In this document: positions 9,898 to 11,045 of the stretch, one piece after another
How positions within the stretch are numbered: position 1 is the stretch's first letter
Layout: each line of letters opens with the position of its first letter
Assembly: GCF_006345805.1 (NCBI RefSeq)
Contig: NW_021827141.1
Location: 1-11,045 of the forward strand
Length of the DNA stretch: 11,045 nucleotides
Direction of reading: 5' to 3'
Source: Octopus sinensis
Taxonomy: Eukaryota
Notes under the pieces: model-generated
What the model was told of the DNA's origin: nothing
Database searches by the model: none
Seen by the model: the letters and a program-made list of their open reading frames with translations, nothing else
Position numbers and translations under genes: made by a program

Positions 9898-10200
9898 ATT
9901 TTCTTATACTTCGTTAGAGTGCGACTATACTGGAGCACTGCGTTGAGGAATTCTAGTGGAATGAATCGAACCCAGCATTTTCTAAAGACCGGTATTCATC
10001 CTAGTAGTCTCTCTTGCCGAAAGTCTAAATTACGGTTACGTAAACACACCAACACTGGTTTCCGTTTACCAAATCCAATCACAAGATTTTGTTCAACCCG
10101 GGATTATCGTGGAAGACATTTGTCCAAGGTGCCACGAAATGGGACTGAATTCGGAACCACGTGGCTGTGAAGGAAACTTCTTGCCACACACCCATTCCTG
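9898..10200 (-). mobile_element. CORE-type SINE: tRNA head + CORE joined directly to family B body
   Basis: Minus strand order: A-box-like tgggtgtgtgg, B-box-like gaattcagtccc (10141-10152), CORE-like cgtggcaccttggacaaatgtcttc (10112-10136), then at ~10057-10060 family B sequence 'aaccagtgttggtgtgtttacgt...'. Confidence 0.75.
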
Positions 10201-10240
10201 CGTTTATATATGTAAATTATTTATATTAATTTCCGGTTAT

Positions 10241-10368
10241 CTCTGAGGTCAACTTTGCTCTTCACACGTTCAGGGTCGCAGAAATAAGTCCCAATTAACA
10301 CAGAGGTCAAAGTAATCGACTCACCCCATCCCCAAAATATTCGGGCCCCTCGTTTTTATACTAGAAAT
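10241..10368 (+). mobile_element. SINE family A central and 3' fragment
   Basis: 'gaggtcaactttgctcttcac...ggggtcg-like...aaataagt...gtaatcgactcacccc'. A related minus-strand fragment lies at ~5203-5280. Confidence 0.65.
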
Positions 10369-10442
10369 GATAATTACATTTGTTTTTCTTTTTTTTTCTT
10401 ACACAAAGTGCGCCCCCGTTGGCGCCAATGACCAGTTTCTAG

Positions 10443-10579
10443 GAACCCAGGTCATTTGTACAACCTGTGTAAGCAGTAAAACCTCAGGAGTGACAGTATG
10501 CTTTGACAGGACACCTGTTACAAATTCTTGTAAGGGAAAGATCTCCCACAGTAGGACCATCTGTAAGGAATGCTATTAA
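10443..10579 (+). CDS. Candidate terminal coding exon, Cys-rich peptide (G)TQVICTTCVSSKTSGVTVCFDRTPVTNSCKGKISHSRTICKECY*
   Basis: Non-repetitive island. tttctAG acceptor at 10441-10442 (phase 1), with an alternative strong poly-T acceptor at 10407-10408 (phase 0). Six Cys in 44 aa, stop at 10577-10579. No homolog recognised. Confidence 0.25.
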
Positions 10580-10605
10580 AACAAACAAATCTTAGTCAAC
10601 CACTG

Positions 10606-10651
10606 ATGGCCTGCCTTGCTTTATTACTCCTGGCAATTTGTTTACTGCACG
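10606..10651 (+). CDS. Candidate signal-peptide exon MACLALLLLAICLLH-G|
   Basis: ATG at 10606 (in-frame upstream ATG at 10570), hydrophobic core, then G|GTATGT donor at 10652-10657 in phase 1. Confidence 0.35.
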
Positions 10652-10661
10652 GTATGTCAAA

Positions 10662-10779
10662 GCGAGCACTTAAGTGGGTAAACTATTCGACTGATAATTG
10701 TAAGGTCACGAGCTCCATACCTGGCTGGTCCATTGATTGGATCAACTGTACACTCGTCGTCGTAACCGATGGAGTGACA
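10662..10779 (+). mobile_element. Internally deleted SINE: degenerate tRNA-like head + family E 3' tail
   Basis: 10727-10779 aligns to the reverse complement of 9490-9545. The upstream 'aagtgg...gagctccatacc' resembles A/B boxes (weak). Confidence 0.7.
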
Positions 10780-10784
10780 GCTGT

Positions 10785-10877
10785 TTTCTGAGTTCAAATC
10801 CTACCCTTGCCAAATTTCCATTTCATCCTCTCGAGGTCCATAATGAGTGCACCAATCCAACACTGTGATCGATTCGT
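10785..10877 (+). mobile_element. SINE family A fragment
   Basis: 'ttctgagttcaaatcc...tttcatcctctcgaggtc' B-box plus central domain. Confidence 0.65.
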
Positions 10878-10954
10878 CTTTCTTTCTTTCTTTTTCACTT
10901 TTTCTCTCTTTCTTTCTCTCTTTCTCTCTTTCTCTCTTTCTTTCTCTCTTTCTC

Positions 10955-11029
<75 letters not shown>

Positions 11030-11030
11030 C
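10878..11030. repeat. (CTTT)n/(CT)n polypyrimidine microsatellite
   Basis: Direct reading. Confidence 0.96.
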
Positions 11031-11045
11031 TGTGTTTCTCTCTGC

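Noticed and set aside
10518-10568. Minus-strand PYRWSYCGRSFPYKNL*, resembling the start of a C2H2 finger
   Set aside because: First Cys is absent, a stop precedes the His pair, and no neighbouring fingers are present.

Overview
AT-rich eukaryotic non-coding DNA (intron or intergenic), dominated by microsatellites and short interspersed repeats. The repeat families match ones I remember from Octopus genomes, so an octopod origin is inferred but not verified. I recognise no intact known gene, rRNA, true tRNA or CRISPR array, and most ORFs in the track are microsatellite or SINE translations. Supported content: (1) a decayed three-finger C2H2 coding relic, probably a LINE 3' end, split by a SINE; (2) at least three tRNA-derived SINE families in many copies, one a bipartite CORE-type element with an internal microsatellite; (3) a Helentron/HINE-like element; (4) two fold-back inverted repeats sharing a core motif; (5) a ~125-bp repeat embedded twice in (TA)n. 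The most intriguing but speculative signal is a ~250-bp non-repetitive island at 10400-10660. It holds a six-cysteine ORF followed 26 nt later by a signal-peptide ORF with a phase-1 donor. Joining that donor to the upstream acceptor (back-splicing, or splicing to a paralogous next unit) gives a complete 60-aa secreted Cys-rich peptide. All alignments were done by eye.
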